From the NCBI GenBank assembly GCA_002269645.1, contig NIVC01004004.1, forward strand, positions 1,111 to 65,110: DNA of 64,000 nucleotides, in the 5' to 3' direction. Position numbers and translations under genes: made by a program. Shown here piece after piece: positions 1 to 13,800 of the stretch (within the stretch, counting starts at the first letter, position 1; each line of letters starts with the position of its first letter). The notes under the pieces were generated by a model. The model made no database searches. It was not told the origin of the DNA and worked only from the letters and a program-made list of their open reading frames with translations. Source of the DNA: Macrostomum lignano (taxonomy: Eukaryota).

Positions 1-3000
1 TATTAATTGAGTTCTTTAGGTGACTTAACAAATGCGGAAAAAACTAGACACACACACAGTGGCCCAACACTTCGTGTCCCAATAATTGCTAGGAAAAATG
101 CACTGCAGTGTTTAAGCATCTCCTCTGAGGGGCCCTTGCATGCATAGCTATAGAATCTGCTAAGACCCGATCTGAGAGTTAAAAGTACAAAAAGTTATAA
201 CGCTTCTAGACACGAAAACGAATGCAGCCACAGCATGAACTAACCTTTCATTGAAGCTTCTGCTTAAGACTTTGATGCTGTGAAGCATTCTGGCATCTAG
301 CATTACTCTCGTAGACTATTAGCTGCTCTCCTGAGTTCGAAGCTGACAGGTCCGTTGCAGTCGGCATCGATTGAGTCGACTGCCAATTTAGTCAATGGGT
401 TTCGTTTCTTCTTTTCACTGGAACCTGTGGTGGGATTAGCAAAAGATCGATTTCGCATATCTATTTAGTGATTTCAAGGACGACAAAATCATTCTTCTCT
501 GCATGTCAGCTCCAGAAGATGCTAGTTTGCTTGCAGCTTTCTGTAGGAGCATTCTACTTTAGTAAAGTGTACCCATTCTAAAATAAGCTGTTTTTAATAT
601 GTCCCAACAAGTCTCTGTGCAGTGTGTCATCCGTTTGCCCATCAATTTGTTCTGGAGCCCTTTATTAATTGAGTTCTTTAGGTGACTTAACAAATGCGGA
701 AAAAACTAGACACACACACAGTGGCCCAACACTTCGTGTCCCAATAATTGCTAGGAAAAATGCACTGCAGTGTTTAAGCATCTCCTCTGAGGGGCCCTTG
801 CATGCATAGCTATAGAATCTGCTAAGACCCGATCTGAGAGTTAAAAGTACAAAAAGTTATAACGCTTCTAGACACGAAAACGAATGCAGCCACAGCATGA
901 ACTAACCTTTCATTGAAGCTTCTGCTTAAAGACTTTGATGCTGTGAAGCATTCTGGCATCTAGCATTACTCTCGTAGACTATTAGCTGCTCTCCTGAGTT
1001 CGAAGCTGACAGGTCCGTTGCAGTCGGCATCGATTGAGTCGACTGCCAATTTAGTCAATGGGTTTCGTTTCTTCTTTTCACTGGAACCTGTGGTGGGATT
1101 AGCAAAAGATCGATTTCGCATATCTGTTTAGTGATTTCAAGGACGACAAAATCATTCTTCTCTGCATGTCAGCTCCAGAAGATGCTAGTTTGCTTGCAGC
1201 TTTCTGTAGGAGCATTCTACTTTAGTAAAGTGTACCCATTCTAAAATAAGCTGTTTTTAATATGTCCCAACAAGTCTCTGTGCAGTGTGTCATCCGTTTG
1301 CCCATCAATTTGTTCTGGAGCCCTTTATTAATTGAGTTCTTTAGGTGACTTAACAAATGCGAAAAAACTAGACACACACACAGTGGCCCAACACTTCGTG
1401 TCCCAATAATTGCTAGGAAAAATGCACTGCAGTGTTTAAGCATCTCCTCTGAGGGGCCCTTGCATGCATAGCTATAGAATCTGCTAAGACCCGATCTGAG
1501 AGTTAAAAGTACAAAAAGTTATAACGCTTCTAGACACGAAAACGAATGCAGCCACAGCATGAACTAACCTTTCATTGAAGCTTCTGCTTTAAAGACTTTG
1601 ATGCTGTGAAGCATTCTGGCATCTAGCATTACTCTCGTAGACTATTAGCTGCTCTCCTGAGTTCGAAGCTGACAGGTCCGTTGCAGTCGGCATCGATTGA
1701 GTCGACTGCCAATTTAGTCAATGGGTTTCGTTTCTTCTTTTCACTGGAACCTGTGGTGGGATTAGCAAAAGATCGATTTCGCATATCTGTTTAGTGATTT
1801 CAAGGACGACAAAATCATTCTTCTCTGCATGTCAGCTCCAGAAGATGCTAGTTTGCTTGCAGCTTTCTGTAGGAGCATTCTACTTTAGTAAAGTGTACCC
1901 ATTCTAAAATAAGCTGTTTTTAATATGTCCCAACAAGTCTCTGTGCAGTGTGTCATCCGTTTGCCCATCAATTTGTTCTGGAGCCCTTTATTAATTGAGT
2001 TCTTTAGGTGACTTAACAAATGCGAAAAAACTAGACACACACACAGTGGCCCAACACTTCGTGTCCCAATAATTGCTAGGAAAAATGCACTGCAGTGTTT
2101 AAGCATCTCCTCTGAGGGGCCCTTGCATGCATAGCTATAGAATCTGCTAAGACCCGATCTGAGAGTTAAAAGTACAAAAAGTTATAACGCTTCTAACACG
2201 AAAACGAATGCAGCCACAGCATGAACTAACCTTTCATTGAAGCTTCTGCTTAAGACTTTGATGCTGTGAAGCATTCTGGCATCTAGCATTACTCTCGTAG
2301 ACTATTAGCTGCTCTCCTGAGTTCGAAGCTGACAGGTCCGTTGCAGTCGGCATCGATTGAGTCGACTGCCAATTTAGTCAATGGGTTTCGTTTCTTCTTT
2401 TCACTGGAACCTGTGGTGGGATTAGCAAAAGATCGATTTCGCATATCTATTTAGTGATTTCAAGGACGACAAAATCATTCTTCTCTGCATGTCAGCTCCA
2501 GAAGATGCTAGTTTGCTTGCAGCTTTCTGTAGGAGCATTCTACTTTAGTAAAGTGTACCCATTCTAAAATAAGCTGTTTTTAATATGTCCCAACAAGTCT
2601 CTGTGCAGTGTGTCATCCGTTTGCCCATCAATTTGTTCTGGAGCCCTTTATTAATTGAGTTCTTTAGGTGACTTAACAAATGCGGAAAAAACTAGACACA
2701 CACACAGTGGCCCAACACTTCGTGTCCCAATAATTGCTAGGAAAAATGCACTGCAGTGTTTAAGCATCTCCTCTGAGGGGCCCTTGCATGCATAGCTATA
2801 GAATCTGCTAAGACCCGATCTGAGAGTTAAAAGTACAAAAAGTTATAACGCTTCTAGACACGAAAACGAATGCAGCCACAGCATGAACTAACCTTTCATT
2901 GAAGCTTCTGCTTTAAGACTTTGATGCTGTGAAGCATTCTGGCATCTAGCATTACTCTCGTAGACTATTAGCTGCTCTCCTGAGTTCGAAGCTGACAGGT

Positions 3001-5490
3001 CCGTTGCAGTCGGCATCGATTGAGTCGACTGCCAATTTAGTCAATGGGTTTCGTTTCTTCTTTTCACTGGAACCTGTGGTGGGATTAGCAAAAGATCGAT
3101 TTCGCATATCTGTTTAGTGATTTCAAGGACGACAAAATCATTCTTCTCTGCATGTCAGCTCCAGAAGATGCTAGTTTGCTTGCAGCTTTCTGTAGGAGCA
3201 TTCTACTTTAGTAAAGTGTACCCATTCTAAAATAAGCTGTTTTTAATATGTCCCAACAAGTCTCTGTGCAGTGTGTCATCCGTTTGCCCATCAATTTGTT
3301 CTGGAGCCCTTTATTAATTGAGTTCTTTAGGTGACTTAACAAATGCGGAAAAAACTAGACACACACACAGTGGCCCAACACTTCGTGTCCCAATAATTGC
3401 TAGGAAAAATGCACTGCAGTGTTTAAGCATCTCCTCTGAGGGGCCCTTGCATGCATAGCTATAGAATCTGCTAAGACCCGATCTGAGAGTTAAAAGTACA
3501 AAAAGTTATAACGCTTCTAGACACGAAAACGAATGCAGCCACAGCATGAACTAACCTTTCATTGAAGCTTCTGCTTAAAGACTTTGATGCTGTGAAGCAT
3601 TCTGGCATCTAGCATTACTCTCGTAGACTATTAGCTGCTCTCCTGAGTTCGAAGCTGACAGGTCCGTTGCAGTCGGCATCGATTGAGTCGACTGCCAATT
3701 TAGTCAATGGGTTTCGTTTCTTCTTTTCACTGGAACCTGTGGTGGGATTAGCAAAAGATCGATTTCGCATATCTGTTTAGTGATTTCAAGGACGACAAAA
3801 TCATTCTTCTCTGCATGTCAGCTCCAGAAGATGCTAGTTTGCTTGCAGCTTTCTGTAGGAGCATTCTACTTTAGTAAAGTGTACCCATTCTAAAATAAGC
3901 TGTTTTTAATATGTCCCAACAAGTCTCTGTGCAGTGTGTCATCCGTTTGCCCATCAATTTGTTCTGGAGCCCTTTATTAATTGAGTTCTTTAGGTGACTT
4001 AACAAATGCGGAAAAAACTAGACACACACACAGTGGCCCAACACTTCGTGTCCCAATAATTGCTAGGAAAAATGCACTGCAGTGTTTAAGCATCTCCTCT
4101 GAGGGGCCCTTGCATGCATAGCTATAGAATCTGCTAAGACCCGATCTGAGAGTTAAAAGTACAAAAAGTTATAACGCTTCTAGACACGAAAACGAATGCA
4201 GCCACAGCATGAACTAACCTTTCATTGAAGCTTCTGCTTTAAGACTTTGATGCTGTGAAGCATTCTGGCATCTAGCATTACTCTCGTAGACTATTAGCTG
4301 CTCTCCTGAGTTCGAAGCTGACAGGTCCGTTGCAGTCGGCATCGATTGAGTCGACTGCCAATTTAGTCAATGGGTTTCGTTTCTTCTTTTCACTGGAACC
4401 TGTGGTGGGATTAGCAAAAGATCGATTTCGCATATCTGTTTAGTGATTTCAAGGACGACAAAATCATTCTTCTCTGCATGTCAGCTCCAGAAGATGCTAG
4501 TTTGCTTGCAGCTTTCTGTAGGAGCATTCTACTTTAGTAAAGTGTACCCATTCTAAAATAAGCTGTTTTTAATATGTCCCAACAAGTCTCTGTGCAGTGT
4601 GTCATCCGTTTGCCCATCAATTTGTTCTGGAGCCCTTTATTAATTGAGTTCTTTAGGTGACTTAACAAATGCGGAAAAAACTAGACACACACACAGTGGC
4701 CCAACACTTCGTGTCCCAATAATTGCTAGGAAAAATGCACTGCAGTGTTTAAGCATCTCCTCTGAGGGGCCCTTGCATGCATAGCTATAGAATCTGCTAA
4801 GACCCGATCTGAGAGTTAAAAGTACAAAAAGTTATAACGCTTCTAGACACGAAAACGAATGCAGCCACAGCATGAACTAACCTTTCATTGAAGCTTCTGC
4901 TTAAGACTTTGATGCTGTGAAGCATTCTGGCATCTAGCATTACTCTCGTAGACTATTAGCTGCTCTCCTGAGTTCGAAGCTGACAGGTCCGTTGCAGTCG
5001 GCATCGATTGAGTCGACTGCCAATTTAGTCAATGGGTTTCGTTTCTTTTCACTGGAACCTGTGGTGGGATTAGCAAAAGATCGATTTCGCATATCTGTTT
5101 AGTGATTTCAAGGACGACAAAATCATTCTTCTCTGCATGTCAGCTCCAGAAGATGCTAGTTTGCTTGCAGCTTTCTGTAGGAGCATTCTACTTTAGTAAA
5201 GTGTACCCATTCTAAAATAAGCTGTTTTTAATATGTCCCAACAAGTCTCTGTGCAGTGTGTCATCCGTTTGCCCATCAATTTGTTCTGGAGCCCTTTATT
5301 AATTGAGTTCTTTAGGTGACTTAACAAATGCGAAAAAACTAGACACACACACAGTGGCCCAACACTTCGTGTCCCAATAATTGCTAGGAAAAATGCACTG
5401 CAGTGTTTAAGCATCTCCTCTGAGGGGCCCTTGCATGCATAGCTATAGAATCTGCTAAGACCCAATCTGAGAGTTAAAAGTACAAAACTT
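1..5490. repeat. Tandem array of a ~662-bp unit, ~8 near-identical copies, truncated by the window start
   Basis: Identical 73-aa ORFs at 1222 and 1885 (663 bp apart). The same unit recurs to ~5490, where AAAAGTACAAAA runs into unique sequence. Copies differ mainly by 1-bp indels. Confidence 0.97.
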
Positions 5491-6686
5491 ATAATATTTG
5501 TGGTTGGACACGTAGGCTATTGAATGTCAATGGATTCAGACGAAATGTCAAGTTTTACTCAAAGCTTTTACAGCTTACCGGTTAAAGTCGACGGATCCTT
5601 TGGCAATTGCGCCACATGGCAGTTGATCAAAGGTGATATACCTGAAGTAAAGGTAGGTACTGCTTAGCAGGAGCAGTATTTTTTATAGCATTTAAATATA
5701 AATGCTTCTTGTTTCCGACAAAGTTTTTTAATACCACTTACATGTTTCTCGCTGTGCCATTCCATGCTGTTCCTTTCCATACCATGGTGACTCGGGTGCC
5801 ATGGCAGAGGCAGAGTTGACCATTGATTTCAGCATAGCGAGTACATGCCAATTTTGTTTACTGTACGTTTGCGGGGTGGCGTCAATAATAGACCAAAAAA
5901 TAAATGTACACTTAACTAGCAAGGGGACTCTGGTAAATTGGAGCCATGTACACAGGGGGGTAGGGCTTAGTCCTAACATGTACGGGGTAAGTCCTAATAT
6001 GAGTGGGCTTTTGTAAACGACACTAGCACACAGTCCCAACAATTTATAGAATATCGAATGCGCGCAGCAGTCAATAGCATGAGTCCTAACAAGAGTGGGC
6101 TGTTGTATTCAACACTGCAACACTGTCCTAACAATTTAGTTCGTGTAGAGTACTGATGCCCATCACAGTCAAAAGTACATGTAAGCCCTTGTCATTTCTT
6201 TAGGTTTATCTCCATCCAGAACCATCCTTTGACAATAAAATACCCTTAAAAGTATTTTGCTATGTTTTGCTATGTATGTATTTAATGTATGCTATGTATA
6301 TAAGTCTTGAAACAAAGACTGCAGCAAATGAATGCGCTTGAAATCTACTATTAGTAAAAATATGAGAAAAAACCAATAAAAATATGCGGGAGCATATTAG
6401 CCATTTCAGTGTCCCAATAGTGATTTGGTCGAATTTTGTATCATTTTTCATTATTGGGACGCCAGTTTTTGCTTAATTATGGACTCAGAAAGTAAAATTA
6501 TTAAAAATGAGTTGCACCATTAAAAAGAGGCTGTCGAGCTGAATCCAAAGAGTATTTTTTTGAGCTGCTATTGTAAGTTTTTTGGAAGTGTTGGACGGAC
6601 TTGATGGGACAGTCCCAACATTTTTTTTGGCCCAACAGTGCGGGTCCCGTTGTACGCGGATGGCCCAACAAATGCCCCGTGCGCAA

Positions 6687-6738
<52 letters not shown>
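6687..6738. repeat. (CA)n microsatellite
   Basis: Direct reading. Confidence 0.95.
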
Positions 6739-6894
6739 TTTCATCATTGTTGTATGGGGAGTGGGGACTGGGAGTCGAAACTGCCGAGTTTTATTGGTGT
6801 TAGTCAGTGTTGATTGCAGGAGAAAGTGTGCGTGCGTGTCTTTTTTAGTCTCGATTTGGGTCGTACCTCCCTCCTTTGCTCAGATTGCGCATCT

Positions 6895-7440
6895 AGTGAA
6901 GGAGAAGTAGGGAGATCGAGTATTGGAGATGTAGGGAGATCGAGTAGCTATTGGAGATGTAGGGAGATCGAGTATTGGAGATGTAGGGAGATCGAGTATT
7001 GGAGATGTAGGGAGATCGAGTATTGGAGATTTAGGGAGATCGAGTATTGGAGATGTAGGGAGATCGAGTATTGGAGATGTAGGGAGATCGAGTAAGGGAG
7101 TTTAGGGAGACTGAGTAGAGGAAGATCTAGGGAGGTTGAGTAGGGGTAGATGTAGGGAGATCGAGTAAGGGGAAGATGTATGGAGATAGAGTATTTAAGA
7201 TGTAGGGAGATAGAGTAAGGGAGTTTAGGGAGATTGGGTAGAGGATGATGTAGGGAGATCGAGTAAGGGAGGTAAAGGGAGATCAAGTAAGGGAGATGTA
7301 GATGTAGGGAGTTCGATGAAGGGCCATGTAGTGCGATCAAGTAGGGGAGATGTAGGGAGATCGAGTAAGGGAATTTAGAGAGATTGGGTAGAGGAAGATG
7401 TATGGAGATCAAGTAGGGGAGATGTAGGGAGATCTAGTAG
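6895..7440. repeat. Purine-rich minisatellite, ~24-bp unit GAGTATTGGAGATGTAGGGAGATC, degenerating rightwards
   Basis: Direct reading. Confidence 0.9.
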
Positions 7441-8064
7441 GGGTGCTCAGATGTGCGCCTTCCAACGCCCGTACATAACAGTTGGCAACTAATTCGCTAC
7501 TCAAATCCTCAAGCCTACGCAGACAAAAGCTTTCACGCAACAAAGAGCAGCGGTTCAACGTGTCCGCTTTTTTTAATAATCTGATTGCTATGATTCAGTT
7601 TCCATGGCTGCGCTGGCCAGTTGGCGGCCCGCAGCGCACGGAGACTCGCTTAGATTCAGACACGCGAGACAGGCGGGCTGGCAGGCAGCTCTCTGACTGC
7701 TCAAGCCGGAAATTCCAGGGCCCTGGCACGAGGCCCCGGCCCAGTCCAGTCCAGTCAGTCCACCTTGCTCACCGCCATATTCTCAATCAATCCAATCACT
7801 ATTAATGAGAGCCCTCAGTCTTTGTTCCTCTCCGTTGCTCGTCTCATATTTTCTGTCGCTCTTAAGTGGATTTTATACGGCCGCTTGTCCGTATGGCGAG
7901 ACAATCGCTTGGCTGCTTGCTGCCAGATTGTGGCACGTGGAGCGGGTGGCCACCTTTATTGATTTAAATCTGGGGAATTCCTTTGTCATGAACCTGCGCC
8001 TCTGACTCTTTCTTGGCCGTTTTCTGGGCTGCGCCATTTCATTTTTGTTGCTTGCTCTCGCTAT

Positions 8065-9600
8065 CTCTGGTCTCTCCCGCCTCTCTCTGGCCTCTCCCGC
8101 CTCTCTCTGGTCTCTCCTGCCTCTCTCTGGTCTCTCCCGCCTCTCTCTGGTCCCTCCTGCCTCTCTCTGGTCTCTCCCGCCTCTCTCTGGTCTCTCCCGC
8201 CTCTCTCTGGTCTCTCCCGCCTCTCTCTGGCCTCTCCCGCCTCTCTCTGGTCTCTCCTGCCTCTCTCTGGTCTCTCCCGCCTCTCTCTGGTCCCTCCTGC
8301 CTCTCTCTGGTCTCTCCCGCCTCTCTCTGGTCTCTCCCGCCTCTCTCTGGTCTCTCCCGCCTCTCTCTGGCCTCTCCCGCCTCTCTCTGGTCTCTCCTGC
8401 CTCTCTCTGGTCTCTCCTGCCTCTCTCTGGTCCCTCCTGCCTCTCTCTGGTCCCTCCTGCCTCTCTCTGGTCCCTCCTGCCTCTCTCTGGTCCCTCCTGC
8501 CTCTCTCTGGTCTCTCCTGCCTCTCTCTGGTCTCTCCTGTCTCTCTCTGGTCCCTCCTGCCTCTCTCTGGTCTCTCCTGCCTCTCTCTGGTCTCTCCTGT
8601 CTCTCTCTGGTCCCTCCTGCCTCTCTCTGGTCTCTCCCGCCTCTCTCTGGTCCCTCCTGCCTCTCTCTGGTCTCTCCTGCCTCTCTCTGGCCCCTCCTGC
8701 CTCTCTCTGGTCTCTCCCGCCTCTCTCTGGTCCCTCCTGCCTCTCTCTGGTCTCTCCTGCCTCTCTCTGGCCCCTCCTGCCTCTCTCTGGCCCCTCCTGC
8801 CTCTCTCTGGTCTCTCCTGCCTCTCTCTGGTCTCTCCTGTCTCTCTCTGGTCCCTCCCGCTTCTCTCTGGTCCCTCCCGCTTCTCTCTGGTCCCTCCTGC
8901 CTCTCTCTGGTCCCTCCCGCTTCTCTCTGGTCTCTCCTGTCTCTCTCTGGTCCCTCCCGCTTCTCTCTGGTCCCTCCTGCCTCTCTCTGGTCCCTCCTGC
9001 CTCTCTCTGGTCTCTCCTGTCTCTCTCTGGTCCCTCCCGCTTCTCTCTGGCCCCTCCTGCCTCTCTCTGGTCTCTCCTGCCTCTCTCTGGTCCCTCCCGC
9101 CTCTCTCTGGTCCCTCCTGCCTCTCTCTGGTCTCTCCTGTCTCTCTCTGGTCCCTCCTGCCTCTCTCTGGTCTCTCCTGTCTCTCTCTGGTCCCTCCTGC
9201 CTCTCTCTGGTCTCTCCTGTCTCTCTCTGGTCTCTCCCGCCTCTCTCTGGTCCCTCCGGCCCCTATCTGGTCTCTCCTGCCTCTCTCTGGTCTCTCCCGC
9301 CTCTCTCTGGTCTCTCCTGCCTCTCTCTGGTCTCTCCCGCCTCTCTCTTGTCTCTCCCGCCTCTCTCTGGTCTCTCCCGCCCCTCTCTGATCTCTCCCGC
9401 CTCTCTCTGGTCTCTCCTGCCTCTCTCTGGTCCCTCCTGCCTCGCTGGTCTCTCCCGCCTCTCTCTGGTATCTCCCACCCTCTCTGGTCTCTCCCGCCTC
9501 TCTCTGATCTCTCCCGCCTCTCTCTGGTCTCTCCTGCCTCTCTCTGGTCCCTCCGGCCTCTCTCTAGTCTCTCCCGCCTCTCTCTGGTCTCTCCCGCTCC
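8065..9600. repeat. Pyrimidine-rich minisatellite, 20-bp unit CTCTCTCTGGTC(T/C)CTCC(C/T)GC
   Basis: Direct reading; it generates the long repetitive ORFs at 7873-9802. Confidence 0.95.
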
Positions 9601-10109
9601 CATGTCCCTAGTCTCTAAAACTTTCTCTAAGGCAGCCTTCAATAAAATTATTGACTTACACACAGGGACTGGGTGGGTGCTTGGCATGCTCGGCACAATT
9701 GCCTCACCGACTGTCAGAAATTTTTCACAGCCTGGCTTTGGTTGCGTCAATCAGGAGTCGCAGTCCACTCGTACTGTGTTGTGCTGTAAGAATACTTCCT
9801 AGTTAGTTCTATGCTAATTGTTCACGGCTATTTAAGCTTCCCTTATAGACTTGAAGCTACGAGTAAGGCAGAGAGGAGCCACTTGTCTCAACTTCAACTG
9901 TAAATCTCTCTTCACTTGCGTATAAAGTAGGCCCAAACACTTGCGCAACTTCGTCCAGGGCCCGAGGAATCCCCATGTCCGTGATCCAGCTACCTGCAAA
10001 ATTAAACTATCTGAGGATAGGGGTGAAAATATTCAGGCAGAAATAGTGCTGACAGCCAGCCAAAATGATTTACAATCTGTAATAGTATTGCCAGGTAAAT
10101 AGCAGTAAA

Positions 10110-10113
10110 CAGC

Positions 10114-10154
<41 letters not shown>

Positions 10155-10200
10155 CTAAGACACTAAGACACTAAGACACTAAGACACTAAGACAGGCAGA
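10110..10200. repeat. (CAGA)n followed by (GACACTAA)n
   Basis: Direct reading. Confidence 0.9.
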
Positions 10201-12044
10201 CGCAGACACCAAGACAGACAATAAGAAACTAAGACAGACAAACAGACACTATGATACAGAACTCAAGTGTAGCACTGGTGTAGAGCAGTTGAGGTTGGAT
10301 TTGCTGTTCACTCAGCAGGGGGATATCCGCATCGCTAGGATAGCCTATTGTTCCTCAGTTCCCTGGTCAAAATATCAAAAGGATCTTGCATGGCTTGGTT
10401 CGTCATGCGTTGCTAAGGGTCTAATTTTTTTACAGTCAAATAAATGCTGTGACTTCCGGCGCTGTCAGCTACCGCTGCGCGCCCTCTCGAGTCTGAAGTG
10501 CCCCCCCCCCACCAAATGCTTTGGTGCAGGCCTGCCTGTTTTCGGCTCGACTTGCTGCATTGCTTGCTTCAAAAGATTTTCCCGAAACCTCTCCTCTGCT
10601 TATAGACTTGCTTGGACTCTCCGTATTCACACCTGAAGTGTCTGTAGCCAAGCCAGACACTTATGACTGACTGACTGACTGACTGACTGACTCGGGTCAT
10701 TTTTTCGCAGAAATTACGCAGCCAGCCTGCATGGTTGTCAAGCAAGCAAGCAAGCAAGCTTTTTTTGGTAGGCCAAAAATCAAACCACGTAGGAAAGTTA
10801 CGCGAAGACAGGCGGACAGAAGCTGCAGGCGTTAAAGCAGCAGAATTGCGCGTCTTTTAATTGGCCGCATAGTTGCTATAGTTGCTACCCCGAAACGATC
10901 AGGATGAAGCATCTTGACAGTGAGAAGAGGGAAGTGTTAATCTCAGACTCACTATTATGTTCTACACGCTTGACATGCTCTTGACACCTCTAGGGGAATT
11001 CTTGGGGGGTGTTGAGAAGAAGAGTGAAAGTTGAGTCTGCGGGGCTTCATAGATTGAGTTTGAGAAGTCTCTTTAACAGCCCACGCGACTTGGATACTGT
11101 CGGGGCATTGTTGACCTTCACTGTTTCTAGCATCCAGAGGGCGCATGGACTGCAGGGCTGGCCATCTGTCAGCTAAAAATAGTTTCCACTCCTATATAGC
11201 GGACTGAGAATTGCTTTTAGCTTCCACACAGATTCTGCAACACTGCAAAGTGCCGCTGGTGTTGTGCTATCCATGCGCTCAGTCTCCGCGTGTGCACAGC
11301 TGGTCTGTCGGTATATGTAGCTTAGCAACCGCTGTGTGAGTTGGGATTAAATAACGATTATGAGTAACTAGACTATAGCGAGCTGCTGTATCTTGCTAGC
11401 TTTATTGGGTCACACATTCTTCTATATTAGCTCTGACTTCGATTCCGTTTATTATTAAAATACGAGCGTGTATATCATTACTAATTATGCATTAATTAGA
11501 TGTTTTTGCTTTGCCGTGGACAATTTCATTAACTTAGCACTGCTAATGAGTCTCGCTGCACACTTCTCTCTCGAGGCCGTTCTCAAGCAGCGAGTTGAGC
11601 TCTTAGCCCGGAGGGTCTTTTAAAGCCGTTTGATCCTTCAGCACCCCCTCGGGGGTTCGAGACCAGCGGCTCATGTTAGCTCATTTTGCCCGTCTAATTT
11701 CCACCTTTTTGTGCTCTAAGACTTGAAAGTGTAGACTAAACTAACATGATTTTAGCTATGCAAAAGGTGTGTTAGAAGGCTCAGCTCAGTCATTAGCTGG
11801 ATTTGTTCTCAGACCTGTCAAATGAGCACCCAGACTGAACAAGCTCAGCGGGTGGCGGTGTTTTTGCTTCTCCCTCTGGCCTTTTGTGTGCTTTTTTGCT
11901 GCTCTCCTGAGCTGTTCTCTCAACTCTCAAGTCCGTCTCGGGTCACACAGTTCCCTAGCTTCAAATCCCCAAAACCTAACGTCTCCCAGTTTTTTATACA
12001 CTTTCATAATTACAAAAATATAGTAAATTAGGTAAATTAGTAGA

Positions 12045-13800
12045 ATATTGGGAATTGTGAAGCTTGGGGAATGTGAAGCTTAGGGATTGTGAAGCTTGGG
12101 GATTGTTCAGATTGGGGATTGTGAAGCTTGGGAATTTTTCAGATTGGGGATTGTGAAGCTTGGGAATTTTTCAGATTGGGGATTGTGAAGCTTGAGGATT
12201 TTTCAGATTGGGGATTGTGAAGCTTGGGGATTGTGAAGCTTGGGGATTGTGAAGCTTGGGGATTTTTCAGATTGGGGATTGTGAAGCTTGGGGATTTTTC
12301 AGATTGGGGATTGTGAAGCTTGGGGATTTTTCAGATTGGGGATTGTGAAGCTTGGGGATTGTGAAGCTTGGGGATTGTGAAGCTTGGGGATTTTTCAGAT
12401 TGGGGATTGTGAAGCTTGGGGATTTTTCAGATTGGGGATTGTGAAGCTTGGGGATTGTGAAGCTTGGGGATTGTGAAGCTTGGGGATTTTTCAGATTGGG
12501 GATTGTGAAGCTTGGGGATTTTTCAGATTGGGGATTGTGAAGCTTGGGGATTTTTCAGATTGGGGATTGTGAAGCTTGGGGATTTTTCAGATTGGGGATT
12601 GTGAAGCTTGGGAATTGTGAAGCTTGGGGATTGTGAAGCTTGGGGATTGCGAAGATGGGGGATTGTGAAGCTTTGGGATTGTGAAGATTCGGGATTGTGA
12701 AGCTTGGGGATTGTGAAGCTTTGGGATTGTGAAGATTCGGGATTGTGAAGCTTGGGGATTGTGAAGCTTGGGGATTGTGAAGCTTGGGGATTTTTCAGAT
12801 TGGGGATTGTGAAGCTTGGGGATTTTTCAGATTGGGGATTGTGAAGCTTGGGGATTGTGAAGCTTGGGGATTTTTCAGATTGGGGATTGTGAAGCTTGGG
12901 GATTTTTCAGATTGGGGATTGTGAAGCTTGGGGATTTTTCAGATTGGGGATTGTGAAGCTTGGGGATTTTTCAGATTGGGGATTGTGAAGCTTGGGAATT
13001 GTGAAGCTTGGGGATTGTGAAGCTTGGGGATTGCGAAGATGGGGGATTGTGAAGCTTTGGGATTGTGAAGATTCGGGATTGTGAAGCTTGGGGATTGTGA
13101 AGCTTTGGGATTGTGAAGATTCGGGATTGTGAAGCTTGGGGATTGTGAAGCTTGGGGATTGTGAAGCTTGGGGATTGTGAAGCTTGGGGATTTTTCAGAT
13201 TGGGGATTGTGAAGCTTGGGGATTTTTCAGATTGGGGATTGTGAAGCTTGGGGATTGTGAAGCTTGGGGATTTTTCAGATTGGGGATTGTGAAGCTTGGG
13301 GATTTTTCAGATTGGGGATTGTGAAGCTTGGGGATTTTTCAGATTGGGGATTGTGAAGCTTGGGGATTTTTCAGATTGGGGATTGTGAAGCTTGGGGATT
13401 TTTCAGATTGGGGATTGTGAAGCTTGGGAATTGTGAAGCTTGGGGATTGTGAAGCTTGGGGATTGCGAAGATGGGGGATTGTGAAGCTTTGGGATTGTGA
13501 AGATTCGGGATTGTGAAGCTTGGGGATTGTGAAGCTTTGGGATTGTGAAGATTCGGGATTGTGAAGCTTGGGGATTGTGAAGCTTGGGGATTGTGAAGAT
13601 TAGGAATTATGAAGCTTTGGGATTGTGAAGCTTGGGGATTGTGAAGATTGGGGATTGTGAAGCTTGGGAATTGTGAAGATTGGGAATTGTGAAGCTTGGG
13701 GATTTTTCAGATTGGGGATTGTGAAGATTGGGAATTGTGAAGCTTGGGGATTGTGAAGCTTTGGGGTTGTGAAGATTGAGGATTGTGAAGCTTGGGAGAT
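12045..13800. repeat. 16-bp minisatellite of two interleaved units (TTGGGGATTGTGAAGC and TTGGGGATTTTTCAGA) with higher-order structure
   Basis: Direct reading; the variant block TTGCGAAGATGGGG recurs near 12650, 13034 and 13466. Confidence 0.95.

Noticed and set aside
7873-9802. Three ORFs of 532-625 aa
   Set aside because: They are translations of a stop-free 20-bp minisatellite, open on both strands, with no protein-like content
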